From assembly GCA_963796275.1 (NCBI GenBank), contig CAWCKY010000002.1, positions 640,001-704,000 of the forward strand: a DNA stretch of 64,000 bases. Reading direction: 5' to 3'. The notes under the pieces are model-generated. The model worked only from the letters and a program-made list of their open reading frames with translations, made no database searches and was not told where the DNA came from. The position numbers were made by a program, and so were the translations under genes. Source of the DNA: an uncultured Acidobacteriota bacterium (lineage in GTDB: Bacteria; Acidobacteriota; Blastocatellia; RBC074). Below are positions 11,658 through 24,742 of this stretch, piece after piece; within the stretch, counting starts at the first letter, position 1; every line of letters begins with the position of its first letter.

Positions 11658-12314
11658 CTAGCCCCCGGCCTCTTCAACCGGTTCTCCCGCAAACTCCTTC
11701 AGATAAGAATTTCCCTTATATTCAAGCTCCTGCCGCAATCCGATCTTTGAAGTGTAGTAGGCATAAGCCACGCGCGATTTGAGTTCGACGAAGAATTTAT
11801 CTTCCGGCGTCTGAGGGCTGGTTTCATTCTGCGCGATATGTTCGAGCACTGCCAGGCGCTGATCCGGTTTAACGCTCATAAAAGCTTGGCCGTGCATTTC
11901 GCGAGCGAGCGTATCTATCGATTTGAGACCTGCCCGCCATTGCTGCCTGGTCTCGACTTCAAGCGTCTCAGCCAGAGACTTATCGATAAATGCGGCGACC
12001 TGGGCGGCGCGGGCTCCCGGAGAATGATCATCCGTCGGAATGATCATCTCGCTCAGTTCATCGACCATCGCAAACTCCGCGCGCGTGAAGAATCGGTGAA
12101 CCCTGCGCTGTCGCTTCCGCACATTCCGCAACGACTGCTTATTTTCCCCTCCGGGAACAGCGAGGACTGCGACCGACATCAACTTCATTATTTCGCGCCG
12201 GCTCAAATTGGAAGCTAGTTTGTCCTTTTGTTCATTCCCGCCATCATCTTCGACCTCATCTTCAATCTCATTCATTCCAATCGGCATTTCAGTATCAGCA
12301 TTCCGCGATATCAT
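11658..12314 (-). CDS. Gluconate 2-dehydrogenase subunit 3 family protein
   Basis: Tat-like SRREIMK, IIPTDDHSPGA..AQVAAFID, AYYTSKIG; coupled to GMC gene. Confidence 0.85.
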   Translation of the reverse strand: MISRNADTEMPIGMNEIEDEVEDDGGNEQKDKLASNLSRREIMKLMSVAVLAVPGGENKQSLRNVRKRQRRVHRFFTRAEFAMVDELSEMIIPTDDHSPGARAAQVAAFIDKSLAETLEVETRQQWRAGLKSIDTLAREMHGQAFMSVKPDQRLAVLEHIAQNETSPQTPEDKFFVELKSRVAYAYYTSKIGLRQELEYKGNSYLKEFAGEPVEEAGG

Positions 12315-14116
12315 ATATTTCCTTTCTTTAGCTCATCAGCCAGATAATCGCAGGAGCGCCAGCACAGAGCCATAATCGTCCAGGTCGGATTTTGACAGGC
12401 CGCGCTGGCGTGACTGCTGCCGTCGACGACGAAAAGGTTTTTCACATCGTGCGATTGTTGAAACTGATTGAGCACGGACATCTTCGGGTCATTTCCCATC
12501 CGGGCCGTCCCCAGCTCGTGAATCGACCATCCCTCGGTCAACATTCTTCGATTGACTTGAACTATCTCGAAACCAGCCGACTCGAACATTTCCTGTGCGG
12601 TCTCCGCCATGTCCTCGCACATACTCTTTTCATTGTCGCCGAAATTGTAATTGAAACGCAGGACCGGGATGCCCCACCGGTCTTTAACGTTCGGATCGAT
12701 CTCGACGAAGCTGTCGTAGCGCGCCAGCACCTCACCAAACCCTCCCATCGAGACAAAAGCACCTGCGTGATCGCGCACCTTCTTCTTATAACCCGCTCCG
12801 AAGCCGGGCAACCCGATCGCATCTTCGGGAAACATTGTCGTTCCGGAGCCACCCTCGAAGCCATATCCGCGAATGAACTTTGGGGCTCTCTCCGAAAGAT
12901 TGCGAAAGCGCGCGATATAAAATCCCCCGGGCCGACCGTCATCCAGCGTGCGCGGAGCACCGATCTTCTTTTTGTAAATCCCCAGCACACTTGGCCCCAT
13001 AACGTGCTCGCAGAAGTTGTGACCGACATGCCCGCTTGAATTGCCGAGCCCATTGGGATGAACCCGCGACCGCGAAAGAAGCATCAGACGCGCCGATTCA
13101 AGCGTCGACGCCGCGAGTACCACTACCTTCGCCTTCGCTTCGTAAGTCTTGCCAGTTGCCGTATCGATGAACGATACGCCGCGCGCTTTCCCCGTATTAT
13201 TGTCGACGAGGACTTCAGAAACGGTCGCGTTTGTGCGAATCGTCAGATTTCCGCCATCGAAGGCGGGATAGATCAAACCCGTGGGGGAATCGAATGCTGC
13301 ATGGATGTCGCATCCGCCGGCTCGGCGGGCGCAAGCGCCGCGCCCGAAACAGCGCATGCGGTATTTCGTATTGTGCTTCAACCCATCGGTCGTCACTCCG
13401 GCACGATATGGCGTGAGCGTTCTACCCATCCCGGACAGAGATTGCCGGAGATGGACCTCCGCCTCATTCAATCTGACCGGCCGTTGAAAAATACTGTCGG
13501 GAAGATATTCAAGATGCTCTTTCACGCCGGATATGCCCAGCAACCGATCGACCTTATCGTAATAACTCTCGATGTCTTTGTATCCAATCGGCCAATCGAC
13601 TCCATAACCGTCTCTCGTCGCCGCTTTGAAATCATAATCCGAAAGCCGCAGGGCCAGTCTTCCCCAGATGTTTGTCTTTCCGCCCAGACAGCGCGCGCGC
13701 ACCCAGGCGTAATTCGACCCGGTATAAGGATTATCCTTCTCATCGACCACGATTTTTTTGCTGTAATCGCTCCCGCCCCAGCTCTGGACGTAAGAATAGA
13801 CGTGATTCGCTTTCACGCCCTGAGCGTAAGGCGGTTGGCGAATCGTGTACTCATTGAGGGTGAGCGCAACCGAGTCAGGCGGCATCGTTCCCCGGCGCTG
13901 ATGTTCGTACGGCCATTCGGTGGATTTCAGCTCCTTCGTCGTATCGATCTGTTTGCCCGCTTCAAGCAGCAGTACCTTCAGGCCATGCGACGACAATACG
14001 TATGCCGCCATCCCACCGGCAGCCCCTGAACCGACGACGACGGCGTCATAGACTTTCTTCAAATTGACAGGTTTGAGCTCCTGCAGATTGACTGTCATCA
14101 GACTCATTTTCGCCAA
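12311..14116 (-). CDS. GMC family oxidoreductase
   Basis: VVGSGAAGG FAD motif, LGGKTNIWG, HELGTARMG, NPTWTIMAL. Confidence 0.93.
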   Translation of the reverse strand: MAKMSLMTVNLQELKPVNLKKVYDAVVVGSGAAGGMAAYVLSSHGLKVLLLEAGKQIDTTKELKSTEWPYEHQRRGTMPPDSVALTLNEYTIRQPPYAQGVKANHVYSYVQSWGGSDYSKKIVVDEKDNPYTGSNYAWVRARCLGGKTNIWGRLALRLSDYDFKAATRDGYGVDWPIGYKDIESYYDKVDRLLGISGVKEHLEYLPDSIFQRPVRLNEAEVHLRQSLSGMGRTLTPYRAGVTTDGLKHNTKYRMRCFGRGACARRAGGCDIHAAFDSPTGLIYPAFDGGNLTIRTNATVSEVLVDNNTGKARGVSFIDTATGKTYEAKAKVVVLAASTLESARLMLLSRSRVHPNGLGNSSGHVGHNFCEHVMGPSVLGIYKKKIGAPRTLDDGRPGGFYIARFRNLSERAPKFIRGYGFEGGSGTTMFPEDAIGLPGFGAGYKKKVRDHAGAFVSMGGFGEVLARYDSFVEIDPNVKDRWGIPVLRFNYNFGDNEKSMCEDMAETAQEMFESAGFEIVQVNRRMLTEGWSIHELGTARMGNDPKMSVLNQFQQSHDVKNLFVVDGSSHASAACQNPTWTIMALCWRSCDYLADELKKGNI

Positions 14117-14328
14117 ATCCTTTCAGTCCGGATACCGTCGTTGATCTTTTAGTAAATCGTAATTTGGGCCGCAGCCTATCATCTACATCAATCGATTTCA
14201 ATCGGAATGGGTTGGAGGGTGGAAATTGAAGGTTAATGATCGTGGAGGTTTAGGTTCAGATGTAAATTCCTGGGATTAATAATTAGTATGGTGGGAGCTA
14301 ATGCATCGGACCAACCGATTTAGCCTTC

Positions 14329-15099
14329 TTATTCATTTTTAATAAGAAGCGAAATTGCCATTGCGAGACCGATCACGACCACGGTTCGCCGGACAAATTT
14401 TTGTCCGAGCCTACGGGCCAATCCGGCAGCCCCATATCCGCCGATAATTGCTCCGGCAGACATAAGCAAAGCAGCGGGCCAACTTACCAGGCCAAAGATG
14501 ATGAAATAGATGGAAGCCACCGCATTTACGGATGAGCCGAATATGTTCTTCAACCCATTCATCTGATGGATATTGCTCAGTCCCATGAATCCCAGCGCCG
14601 CTAACACCAGGATGCCCATACCGGCGCCGAAGTATCCGCCATAGACCGCGATAAAAAATTGATAGAACGCGGTGCCGATCAACCACATTTTGGTGGCTGG
14701 AGCCTGCGTAGCATCTTTGATTCGCAATAATCGCTGTATGGGTTCTTGAACCAGGAACAGAATGGTGGCGAAGAGGATCAAAAACGGCGCCAAATCGGCA
14801 AATACGGATGGAGGCGTGCGTTTGAGCAGAGCTGCTCCGAGAACGCCCCCGAGGAGGCCCGGAATAAGCAAAACAAAAAAGCGTCGCGGCGTGGTTCCGA
14901 GCTCGCTTCGATAGCCCCACATGCTGCTCCATGTTCCCGGTACTAGTGCGACTGTGCTCGTCGCATTAGCGATGATAGGCGAGTGCCCTGCCCAGATGAG
15001 CGATGGAAAGGTGAGCAAGGTCCCACCGCCTGCTACAGAATTGATCATTCCAGCCGCCATTGCCGAGCCAAAGAGCAATGAGTATTGAATAAATGTCAT
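14329..15099 (-). CDS. TauE/SafE (TSUP) family transporter
   Basis: [24 protein letters not shown], multiple TMs. Confidence 0.9.
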   Translation of the reverse strand: MTFIQYSLLFGSAMAAGMINSVAGGGTLLTFPSLIWAGHSPIIANATSTVALVPGTWSSMWGYRSELGTTPRRFFVLLIPGLLGGVLGAALLKRTPPSVFADLAPFLILFATILFLVQEPIQRLLRIKDATQAPATKMWLIGTAFYQFFIAVYGGYFGAGMGILVLAALGFMGLSNIHQMNGLKNIFGSSVNAVASIYFIIFGLVSWPAALLMSAGAIIGGYGAAGLARRLGQKFVRRTVVVIGLAMAISLLIKNE

Positions 15100-15163
15100 G
15101 GAACAAATTGTGTGCAGGGGCTGGATATTATGAACCGGTGCGCCGAGCTGTTATTCGTTGAGA

Positions 15164-15195
15164 AGGGTAGGACGTTTGGAAACCATTCCTACCCT
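15164..15195 (-). terminator. Hairpin downstream of oxidase operon
   Basis: agggtagga ... tcctaccct inverted repeat. Confidence 0.5.
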
Positions 15196-15247
15196 CAATA
15201 ATTCGCCCTCAACTTATTGCCTTAGTGCCTCGTCTTTTTAAGCGCGG

Positions 15248-15568
15248 TTACTTGGCAGGCCACCCGGTGCGCGTCGAGTAGTCGCTCATGGTAAAGGCCA
15301 GCATAATGATCAGCCAAAAGACCCCTGAAACGACTATGACCTGAGTGAGTCGCGAACTCCAGCGCACGTGCATAAAAATAAGGACTACCGCCGTCGCCTT
15401 GATAACGGCGATCGTCAGCGCCACGATGGCATTGAGCGGCCCCCACGTCTTCTCGAGGTTAAATGTGGCGACATAGACCGTAAGGCCCGTCAGCACCATC
15501 AGCAAGATAAAAACCGCAAAATAATACTTAATCGGTACAATATGATGTTCGGAAGAATGATCTGCCAT
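15248..15568 (-). CDS. ctaF: caa3-type cytochrome c oxidase subunit IV
   Basis: [33 protein letters not shown]; start MADHSSEHH. Confidence 0.85.
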   Translation of the reverse strand: MADHSSEHHIVPIKYYFAVFILLMVLTGLTVYVATFNLEKTWGPLNAIVALTIAVIKATAVVLIFMHVRWSSRLTQVIVVSGVFWLIIMLAFTMSDYSTRTGWPAK

Positions 15569-15588
15569 AACTTTCAAGCCTCGTCTTG

Positions 15589-16299
15589 TCAGTGCCCGCT
15601 CGTGATATGGAATCCGGTCAGATAGAGCAGCGGGAAGAGGAATATCCAAACGATGTCGACGAAGTGCCAATAGAGCCCGCTGATCTCAATCGGCGAATTA
15701 TAATCTTTAGTGAACTTTCCTCTCATCGTCATCAGAATCAATGTGATCAGAATACCGATTCCGACGATCATGTGGACCGCGTGCAATCCCGTCATCATGA
15801 AATAGATCCACAAGAAGACCTGCACTGGCTGTTTTAATTCCAGTGGCACGCTATGACCGGTCGACCCGATTGTAGGGTTGTATAACGCCGCTGCCGGAAA
15901 GAGGTGATCTTCGATCTTCGATTTGTATTCGAAATATTTGATGACCAAAAAGACGATCCCCAGCAGCAGGGTTACCGTCAGGAATAGCAGCACCCTCTTC
16001 TTGTTCCCCAGCTGCGAGTAGTAGACTCCCATCGCCATCGTCAGACTGCTGAGAATCAGCACAACCGTGTTCGTGCCTCCCAGAGGCACATTTAGTAAAT
16101 GGCTGCCGTATGAGAAACCAGCCGGATAGGTTGTCCGATAGATCGTATAAGCCAGGAACAGCCCGCCGAAGAACATGATTTCAGTGAGGAGGAAGAGCCA
16201 CATCCCGATCGTTCCGGCTTCTTTCTGCTGCTCCATCGAAACGAAGTGATGAGCCAATCCTGGCACGTGCGCTGTGTGTGCTGTCTGAGTTTCCGCCAA
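15589..16299 (-). CDS. ctaE: Cytochrome c oxidase subunit III
   Basis: [38 protein letters not shown]. Confidence 0.93.
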   Translation of the reverse strand: MAETQTAHTAHVPGLAHHFVSMEQQKEAGTIGMWLFLLTEIMFFGGLFLAYTIYRTTYPAGFSYGSHLLNVPLGGTNTVVLILSSLTMAMGVYYSQLGNKKRVLLFLTVTLLLGIVFLVIKYFEYKSKIEDHLFPAAALYNPTIGSTGHSVPLELKQPVQVFLWIYFMMTGLHAVHMIVGIGILITLILMTMRGKFTKDYNSPIEISGLYWHFVDIVWIFLFPLLYLTGFHITSGH

Positions 16300-16317
16300 A
16301 ATAAGTTCTCCTAAATG

Positions 16318-16385
16318 GTTTTCAGTTTTAGTTTTCAGCAGGCGCCCCTGACCAACAACTGAAAACTGGAAACTGGAAACTGAAT
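16318..16385. repeat. Inverted heptamer-repeat array (STRR-like)
   Basis: gttttca/gtttta units versus aactgaa/aactgga x4 forming a hairpin between cox1 and cox3. Confidence 0.8.
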
Positions 16386-18045
<1,660 letters not shown>

Positions 18046-18179
18046 AATAGTTACCTTATTAAATTAGATGCCCGCGCTGGTGACGGGACACATTCTTTGA
18101 GCCATATCCCATCCCAAAAGCGAAAGCGAGGTTGATGACAATGAAATTTTGCCTCAGTTGCCTCCTCGCCATTTTTGTT

Positions 18180-20213
18180 TCACTCTGCATATCTCTCTAT
18201 TTTGCTGGTCCGGCTGCCGGGGCAGGGGTCGCCGGCTGCCCCGCTGCCGCTCCGCCCGCGGCGCTCGCCCTGCTTCGGGCCGATCGATTTGATATAGGCG
18301 ATTAGCTGCAAAACCTGCTCTTCGCTAACCTGCCCTTGAAACGTCGGCATAATTGCCTGATATCCATCGACTATCTTCGCGGTCGGATTGAGAATCGACT
18401 CTCTGATATAGTCATCGTTTACGGTTACGGTCGTTCCATTATTGAGCTTCACCTGTGTGCCGTAGACTTCGACCAGTTTGGGACCGCGCCCGCCGCTCTC
18501 TTCTCGGTGGCAGGTATTGCACGAGAGACTCGCAAATAAATTCTGGCCCGCTGCGACCGGTGATGTCTCTTTTGTTCCCCCGCCCAGCCAAGCCTGATAA
18601 TCAGCAGGTTCCATTACTGTTATCTTCCCGATCATTCCGGAATGCTGCGTTCCGCAATATTCAGCGCAGAACAGATGATAGGTCCCGACCTTCGTCGGCT
18701 GGAACCAGCTCATCTGGATGCGTCCGGGTATCACGTCGGCCTTCGTGCGGAATGCCGGGATGTAATAGGAATGGATCACATCCTCGCTCGTCATCGTGAG
18801 CTTGATACGCCGCCCCACCGGTATGTGAAGTTCGTTGATTTCGCGCATCCCATCGGGATGTTGAGCGCGCCACATCCATTGTTTTCCGGTGATGAATATC
18901 TCCAGCGCCTCTGCCGGCGGGGTATACATCTGGTAAAAGAGTTTTGCCCCCCAGACAAAGATAAACATCGAAATGATGAATGGGATGACCGTCCACGCGA
19001 TCTCGAGCTTGAGGGCCCCCTCGATCGCTTCCGGTATTTCCGACTCGCTGCGACGGCGATATTTGATGGCGAAGTAAACAATTGCAAATGCGATTGCGAT
19101 TGAAAAGGCAGCCGTCAATGCGATCAGGAAGAAATAGAGCAGATCGATCTCCAGCGCGAAGTTCGAAGCCTGCTCCGGCATGAATGGCAGGTTAAACAAT
19201 AAGCACGGTAAGAGGCTCATGTGAGTATATCCAATTTTTGAATCGGGTTTGCCAACCTCAGGCATCTGTCTCGCCCACTCGGCCTCCTTCTGTTTCGTCT
19301 TGTGCCTTAGGAAAAGGAAGAGCGCAATAAGCGTGACTATAGTTAGGAGACCGAATATCCGCAGCAGCCGCATCAAGACCAGACTATAAGTGCCTCGCAT
19401 AGGATCGTATTGGTAACAATAGAGGATGATCTGTTCGGCGAGCGACCCGATCTTGCCATCCGAAGCGTCCATCACTCCGAATCGCAGATCGCGCGGCGCA
19501 TACTCTATCCCATAGAAATAACGGGAAACTTTACCACCGGGCGTCAGCACCATTATGCCGCTGGCGTGAGCATATTGCTTCGTGACAGGGTCCCACAGAT
19601 AGCGGAACCCGACGGCCTTGGTCAACGCTTGAATCGCGGGTTCCTCGCCCGTCAGGAAATGCCAGCCCGCTTCGACCCCCGGTCGCTGAAGACGTTCGAG
19701 ATACTCTCTCTTCTTCGCCGCAGCCAGCTCGGGCTTTTCGCGCGGATCGAAACTCACGGTCACCGCAGTGAACTCTTTCCCCGGCGTCATAGGCAAGGTT
19801 TTCAAGGTCCCGAGCAGCCCCGACAATACCTGGGTGCAGAGCTGTGGGCAATCGTAATAGACGAGCGACAGGACGACCGGCCTGTCCTTGAAGTATTCGG
19901 CGAGTTTTACGGTACGACCCGTCTCATCCTTGAACTCAAGATCGAGCGGAACCTGGTTATTTAAAAGCTGGTCGATTCCCACATCCTTCAGGACGGGCGG
20001 TTTCATACTAACCGGCTGTGCGCTGGCGGAAGAGAGAAGACACGCAATCAGGAGACAAATAGACAAGGAGACGAGAAGACAGAATTTCACTCTCGCGATA
20101 AAATTAAACTTCCGATATCCGATTTTGAATTTATCATCTACCAAATTCAGCGTCCTTGCGTCTTCGTCCCCTCGCCCCCTCTTCTCCATCTTGTCTTCTT
20201 CCTTTAAAGTCAT
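18180..20213 (-). CDS. ctaC: SCO/SenC domain in frame with cytochrome c oxidase subunit II carrying a cytochrome c domain
   Basis: SCO CPQLC and YAHASG; Cu[18 protein letters not shown]; heme CNTCH; internal Met at 19220 may be a separate cox2 start. Confidence 0.88.
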   Translation of the reverse strand: MTLKEEDKMEKRGRGDEDARTLNLVDDKFKIGYRKFNFIARVKFCLLVSLSICLLIACLLSSASAQPVSMKPPVLKDVGIDQLLNNQVPLDLEFKDETGRTVKLAEYFKDRPVVLSLVYYDCPQLCTQVLSGLLGTLKTLPMTPGKEFTAVTVSFDPREKPELAAAKKREYLERLQRPGVEAGWHFLTGEEPAIQALTKAVGFRYLWDPVTKQYAHASGIMVLTPGGKVSRYFYGIEYAPRDLRFGVMDASDGKIGSLAEQIILYCYQYDPMRGTYSLVLMRLLRIFGLLTIVTLIALFLFLRHKTKQKEAEWARQMPEVGKPDSKIGYTHMSLLPCLLFNLPFMPEQASNFALEIDLLYFFLIALTAAFSIAIAFAIVYFAIKYRRRSESEIPEAIEGALKLEIAWTVIPFIISMFIFVWGAKLFYQMYTPPAEALEIFITGKQWMWRAQHPDGMREINELHIPVGRRIKLTMTSEDVIHSYYIPAFRTKADVIPGRIQMSWFQPTKVGTYHLFCAEYCGTQHSGMIGKITVMEPADYQAWLGGGTKETSPVAAGQNLFASLSCNTCHREESGGRGPKLVEVYGTQVKLNNGTTVTVNDDYIRESILNPTAKIVDGYQAIMPTFQGQVSEEQVLQLIAYIKSIGPKQGERRGRSGSGAAGDPCPGSRTSKIERYAE

Positions 20214-20725
20214 TGTCCTCCGATTATCCTTCCTGCGCTTGGCCCAGCCTCAAGGATCCGCTTTCTCGCTGTTTCAGCCTTCTGAACCTCTTCGATCAAG
20301 TTGTCCGATGCCATCGGCAGGCCGCGCTCTACCATCAAGGTCTTCGCGCGATCTAACGGGATGTGCACAATGCCGGTATCCTTGCTGATCCAGCCGTAGC
20401 TCTGCGCTTGCTGATCGATCTTCGCGCGATACTCTTTCATATCCTCCAAAGGCAGAAGCGATGGTTTATTATTCGGGCCATCGGGAGCACCCTGCAACCG
20501 CGGTTCCGGTGGCAGCTTCCGCTCTCTACCCTCGGGCAATGCCGTGACCGGTTGCGGCTCGGTATATTGCTCCATCCTTTTAAAGCCGTAGAGCATCCCC
20601 TGGATAATGAGGAAAACAAGAATTGTAGAGACAGTCAGAATGACCAGAAACCAGATGACCGGCTTCGGCTTGATTCCACTGCTTTCGGGTTGCAGGTTGT
20701 TTTGATCGTTATGCTCAGTATTCAT
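20210..20725 (-). CDS. ACIII/oxidase operon-associated single-TM protein
   Basis: TM then PPEPRLQ...SYGWI..G..HIPLDRA pattern; lies between actF and SCO. Confidence 0.75.
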   Translation of the reverse strand: MNTEHNDQNNLQPESSGIKPKPVIWFLVILTVSTILVFLIIQGMLYGFKRMEQYTEPQPVTALPEGRERKLPPEPRLQGAPDGPNNKPSLLPLEDMKEYRAKIDQQAQSYGWISKDTGIVHIPLDRAKTLMVERGLPMASDNLIEEVQKAETARKRILEAGPSAGRIIGGQ

Positions 20726-20746
20726 CTCTCAAATCTCAAATCATTC

Positions 20747-21940
20747 TCAATGATGCCCGCGTGCAGCGAGCGCCTCATCAAGTTGCGGATCGTTGACCGG
20801 CAATAATGCACGTTGCCGTAATTGCCAGAAGAACCATCCCACCCAGATACCGCCCATTCCAACGGTCGCGGCCAGATAGATCGAGTAGCCCATAATCGAA
20901 ACGCTATGCCCGTGCTCGAATTCCGGCACGATCATCCACAATAGATCGGCGAAACGCATCACTATGATAAGCCAGGCGACCATCACCAGCCTGCGCGAAT
21001 TACGCTTCAGATCGCGCGAGAGAAGGAGGAAGAACGGCAAAAAGAAATAGAGCAGTATCAGCCCGATACCGATATATCGCCAATTGCCCTGGAAGCGCTC
21101 CAGATACCAGGGAATCTCTTCCGGCAGGTTGCCCGACCATATAATCAACAACTGCGAGAATGAGAAATATGCCCAGACCATAACCAGCGTCAGCAGCAAT
21201 TTCCCCAGATCATGAAAATGCTTCGGCTGTAAAACGTGCGACATCGGTTCCCACCGGGCCAGAACCACACAAACCGAGATGATAAACGCCATTGCCGAGA
21301 CGCCCTGCCCCGCAATCATGATCAACCCGAACATAGTCGAGAACCATTCGGGATCGAGCGACATAATCCAATCGACGCCGGCAAAAGTGCAGGCCAGCCC
21401 ATAGAATACAAACCCCGGTCCACTGAGGTTTTGCGCATATTGAACGAAGGCCGGATCCCCGGTCTCATCCTGCCGGCGCGACCACCTCTTCAGGTAGTAG
21501 AACATCGTGAGCCAGACGATGAAATATATGACAGTGCGTACAACGAAGAATCCCGCATTCAGATAGGAGCTCTTATGCGTGAGCACCTCGCTCCCCTTCA
21601 CGGCTTCCGCATCCGCCCACTCATATATTTCATGCAATCCCACAGCTATCGGCACAAAAAGTACCAGCATCAGGAAAAGAGTGTGCGAGCCCGATTCGAG
21701 CTGACGCCGAATGACGATTCCCCATGTCGCCCCACCGAGGTATTGGATCAACAGCCACCCCAGGCATCCCAGCGCGATCCCGCTCCAGAAGATATAGGCG
21801 ACCAGGTATGTGCGAAAGAACAACTCTCCCCGGTTGCCGGAGACGCTTATGCATGCGATCCATATGAGCAGCGCGATCAGACCGACGCCGATCGCGATAC
21901 CCTGATAACGTTTGAGATCAGCTGGAGGATTGTAATTCAT
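20747..21940 (-). CDS. actF: Alternative complex III subunit F
   Basis: Polytopic; [33 protein letters not shown]. Confidence 0.88.
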   Translation of the reverse strand: MNYNPPADLKRYQGIAIGVGLIALLIWIACISVSGNRGELFFRTYLVAYIFWSGIALGCLGWLLIQYLGGATWGIVIRRQLESGSHTLFLMLVLFVPIAVGLHEIYEWADAEAVKGSEVLTHKSSYLNAGFFVVRTVIYFIVWLTMFYYLKRWSRRQDETGDPAFVQYAQNLSGPGFVFYGLACTFAGVDWIMSLDPEWFSTMFGLIMIAGQGVSAMAFIISVCVVLARWEPMSHVLQPKHFHDLGKLLLTLVMVWAYFSFSQLLIIWSGNLPEEIPWYLERFQGNWRYIGIGLILLYFFLPFFLLLSRDLKRNSRRLVMVAWLIIVMRFADLLWMIVPEFEHGHSVSIMGYSIYLAATVGMGGIWVGWFFWQLRQRALLPVNDPQLDEALAARGHH

Positions 21941-22650
21941 TGGTTACCGTGCCCTTCTGGCGATTTTCCCACTGGATTTTGCCCGGCCTCTGCTAACTTC
22001 TTCTTTTCATCCTCATTCAAACCACTGTAATTTTCGTTTTGGCTCAATTGCAGGACGCGGATCCAGGCAATCACCTTCCAACGATCCTCCGGAGTCAATT
22101 GATCCGCATAATTGGACATAGCGCCGAACCCGTTGGTTATCACATCGTAATAATAGCTCGATGGAGCCTTTCGCAATCGCTCCTCATGATACGAGGGTGG
22201 ATGCCTGAAGCCTCGCAGCACTATCATCCCATTGCCGTCGCCGAGCTTTCCGTGGCAGGGCGAACAGGAGATATTGAAACGGTTCTCGCCACGATCGAGT
22301 ATCTCTTTCGTGACCTTGAAGGGGAACCCATCTTCGCCCGCTGGAATCGACTGCGCGACCGTTGAGGCCGTCCCCGGCGGCTGCGTTCCCGTTGCCGTGC
22401 CCGGAGCCGCCGCCGTTTGTGACTGGGTGACTGTCACCTTCGGCGCCGAAGGGTTAAGGTTGAGGGAGCCGCGTGCAACCGTGCCTTCCGGCAATGCGCG
22501 TATCGAGCCTTCCCGGTAGGGCTTGAACTTCGGGTTATCGTGCATGTCCTGACGGCAACCAGAAAGCAGGAAGGCGCAAAGTAAAAGACAGATCACGAGT
22601 GATTGCCCCTCCTTTATATGTTTCCTGCCCATAAGCATAAGACTTTTCAT
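21937..22650 (-). CDS. actE: Alternative complex III monoheme lipoprotein
   Basis: [13 protein letters not shown] lipobox, CSPCH, GFGAM. Confidence 0.88.
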   Translation of the reverse strand: MKSLMLMGRKHIKEGQSLVICLLLCAFLLSGCRQDMHDNPKFKPYREGSIRALPEGTVARGSLNLNPSAPKVTVTQSQTAAAPGTATGTQPPGTASTVAQSIPAGEDGFPFKVTKEILDRGENRFNISCSPCHGKLGDGNGMIVLRGFRHPPSYHEERLRKAPSSYYYDVITNGFGAMSNYADQLTPEDRWKVIAWIRVLQLSQNENYSGLNEDEKKKLAEAGQNPVGKSPEGHGNQ

Positions 22651-22664
22651 ATTTTGCCTTTTTA

Positions 22665-23210
22665 TTATTCATCTACATCACTCACCGATTTCGCGCCCAG
22701 GCCCTTGAGAAACGCGCGAGTGTCTGCAGCCCTGAACTTCGGATCGTCCGCCTTGACGCAGAGAAAGAAGCGGTCCTGCGATGCGCGGCTGAAAGCCGGC
22801 ACATTGAAGACCGGATGATAAGGCTGCGGTAACCGATTCATAATTACCATTCCGATGAAAGCGGCGATGGCTGCGAGGAGCACCGTACATTCGAAAGTGA
22901 TGGGAATGAATGACGGCATGCTTACCAGCGGGCGCCCGCCGATATTGAGCGGATACGCTATCGCCGAGGTCCAGACCTGCAATGCAAACCCGCCCAGTCC
23001 CCCCACTACCCCGAAGACCAGAACTGCCAGCGGAACATAGTTGCGGCGATATCCGATCGCCTCCGACAACTCGTCAATCGGATAGGGTGAGTACGCATTG
23101 ATACGACGATAACCCGCATCATAGGTTTTCCGCGCCGCGGCAACGACCGCATTCGGATCGTCGAATTCCGCTATTACTCCGTAAATGCCTGGCTCTTGAT
23201 GTGTCGTCAT
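22665..23210 (-). CDS. actD: Alternative complex III subunit D (DUF3341)
   Basis: [23 protein letters not shown]; start at ATG 23210. Confidence 0.88.
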   Translation of the reverse strand: MTTHQEPGIYGVIAEFDDPNAVVAAARKTYDAGYRRINAYSPYPIDELSEAIGYRRNYVPLAVLVFGVVGGLGGFALQVWTSAIAYPLNIGGRPLVSMPSFIPITFECTVLLAAIAAFIGMVIMNRLPQPYHPVFNVPAFSRASQDRFFLCVKADDPKFRAADTRAFLKGLGAKSVSDVDE

Positions 23211-23296
23211 AATCGCTAAGTGATATTTGCTAATCGATAATTGATGGGGAAAGTATGGCTTTCTCCAATGATCAATTTTCAATTACCAATTGTTCT
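23211..23296. repeat. Inverted heptamer-repeat array
   Basis: aatcgct/aagtgat/aatcgat/aattgat versus caatgat/caatttt/caattac/caattgt between actC and actD. Confidence 0.7.
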
Positions 23297-24742
23297 TCAG
23301 TCTCCATACTGCGGAACCGGGGTCGCTCCGATCGGGGCCTTTCCATTCGCATGTTCTTCGACTCGCTGCTCGTCCACTTTCGATTCGGGCAAGAGCGCCT
23401 TCATCTCGAAGATCGGGATCATTGGCACAAACCTGATGAAAAGGAACATACAGGTCAGGAAGAATCCGATCGTGCCGAAGAACATAGTGAAGTCGAAGAT
23501 CGTCGGGCGATACATATACCAGGCTGACGGCGTGAAGTCCCGATTGAGGCTCATCACGATAATCACGAAACGTTCGAGCCACATGCCGGCGTTGATGACC
23601 ATCGAGATGAGGAATATGACCGTCAGATTATCGCGCATCTTCTTCCACCACAATAACTGTGGTATTACGATATTGAAGAGGATGAGCAGCCAGTACATAT
23701 AACCGTACGGACCGAACATGCGGTTCTTCATCATGAACATTTCGAAAGTATTCGCGCTATACCACGACATGAAGAGCTCCATCAGGTAGCCATAACCCAC
23801 GATCAATCCGGTCGCCAGCATCACTTTGCAGCAATTGCGGATGTGACGGAGCGTGATGAAGTCTTCGAGGCCGTAATACTTGCGCACCGGAATCGCGAGC
23901 GTCAGCACCATCGCGAACCCTGCGTAGATAGCGCCGGCGACGAAGTATGGCGGAAATATCGTCGCATGCCAGCCCGGAACGATGCCCGTTGCGAAGTCGA
24001 ATGACACCACCGAGTGCACCGAGAGCACGAGCGGCGTCGAAAGACCGGCGAGCAACAGATAGGCCGTTTCGTACCGGTGCCAGTGACGCGCATCGCCGCG
24101 CCACCCCATCCCCAGCATACCGAAGACTATCTTCTGCCACTTATGCTTCGCCGTATCGCGCAGGGTGGCGAAGTCGGGGATCAACCCCATAAACCAGAAC
24201 AGGATCGAGACGGTGAAGTAGGTCGAGACCGCAAAGACGTCCCACATCAGCGGGCTGCGGAAATTCGGCCAAACTCCCATCGTGTTCGGAATAGGGAAGA
24301 GCCAGTAATCGACCCACGGGCGGCCGGTGTGCAAGGCCGGAAAGAGGCCGGCGCAAGCGACCGCGAAGAGCGTCATCGCTTCCGCGAAACGGTTGATCGA
24401 GTTGCGCCACGACTGCCTCAACAACAGAAGGATCGCCGAGATCAGCGTGCCCGCGTGGCCGATTCCGATCCACCAGACGAAATTGATGATGTCGAACGCC
24501 CAGCCGACTGGAATGTTGTTGCCCCAGATCCCCACCCCTTTCAACACCAGATATCCGATAGTGTTGAAGAGCATGAGCGATCCCAGGAAGACGATGGCGA
24601 ATCCGAAAATCCACCCCTTCTTGAATCCGCGCATCAGAACGATGTCGGCGATTTTTTGTGTGATCGAACTGAAATCATGCCCGGGCCCTACAACCGGTGG
24701 GCGCGGATCGACGTAACCGCTTTTCTTTACTGCATCAGCCAT
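23297..24742 (-). CDS. actC: Alternative complex III subunit C (NrfD/PsrC family)
   Basis: NFVWWIGIGHAGTLISA, SPLMWDVFAVSTY, WHATIFPPYFVAGA. Confidence 0.93.
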   Translation of the reverse strand: MADAVKKSGYVDPRPPVVGPGHDFSSITQKIADIVLMRGFKKGWIFGFAIVFLGSLMLFNTIGYLVLKGVGIWGNNIPVGWAFDIINFVWWIGIGHAGTLISAILLLLRQSWRNSINRFAEAMTLFAVACAGLFPALHTGRPWVDYWLFPIPNTMGVWPNFRSPLMWDVFAVSTYFTVSILFWFMGLIPDFATLRDTAKHKWQKIVFGMLGMGWRGDARHWHRYETAYLLLAGLSTPLVLSVHSVVSFDFATGIVPGWHATIFPPYFVAGAIYAGFAMVLTLAIPVRKYYGLEDFITLRHIRNCCKVMLATGLIVGYGYLMELFMSWYSANTFEMFMMKNRMFGPYGYMYWLLILFNIVIPQLLWWKKMRDNLTVIFLISMVINAGMWLERFVIIVMSLNRDFTPSAWYMYRPTIFDFTMFFGTIGFFLTCMFLFIRFVPMIPIFEMKALLPESKVDEQRVEEHANGKAPIGATPVPQYGD

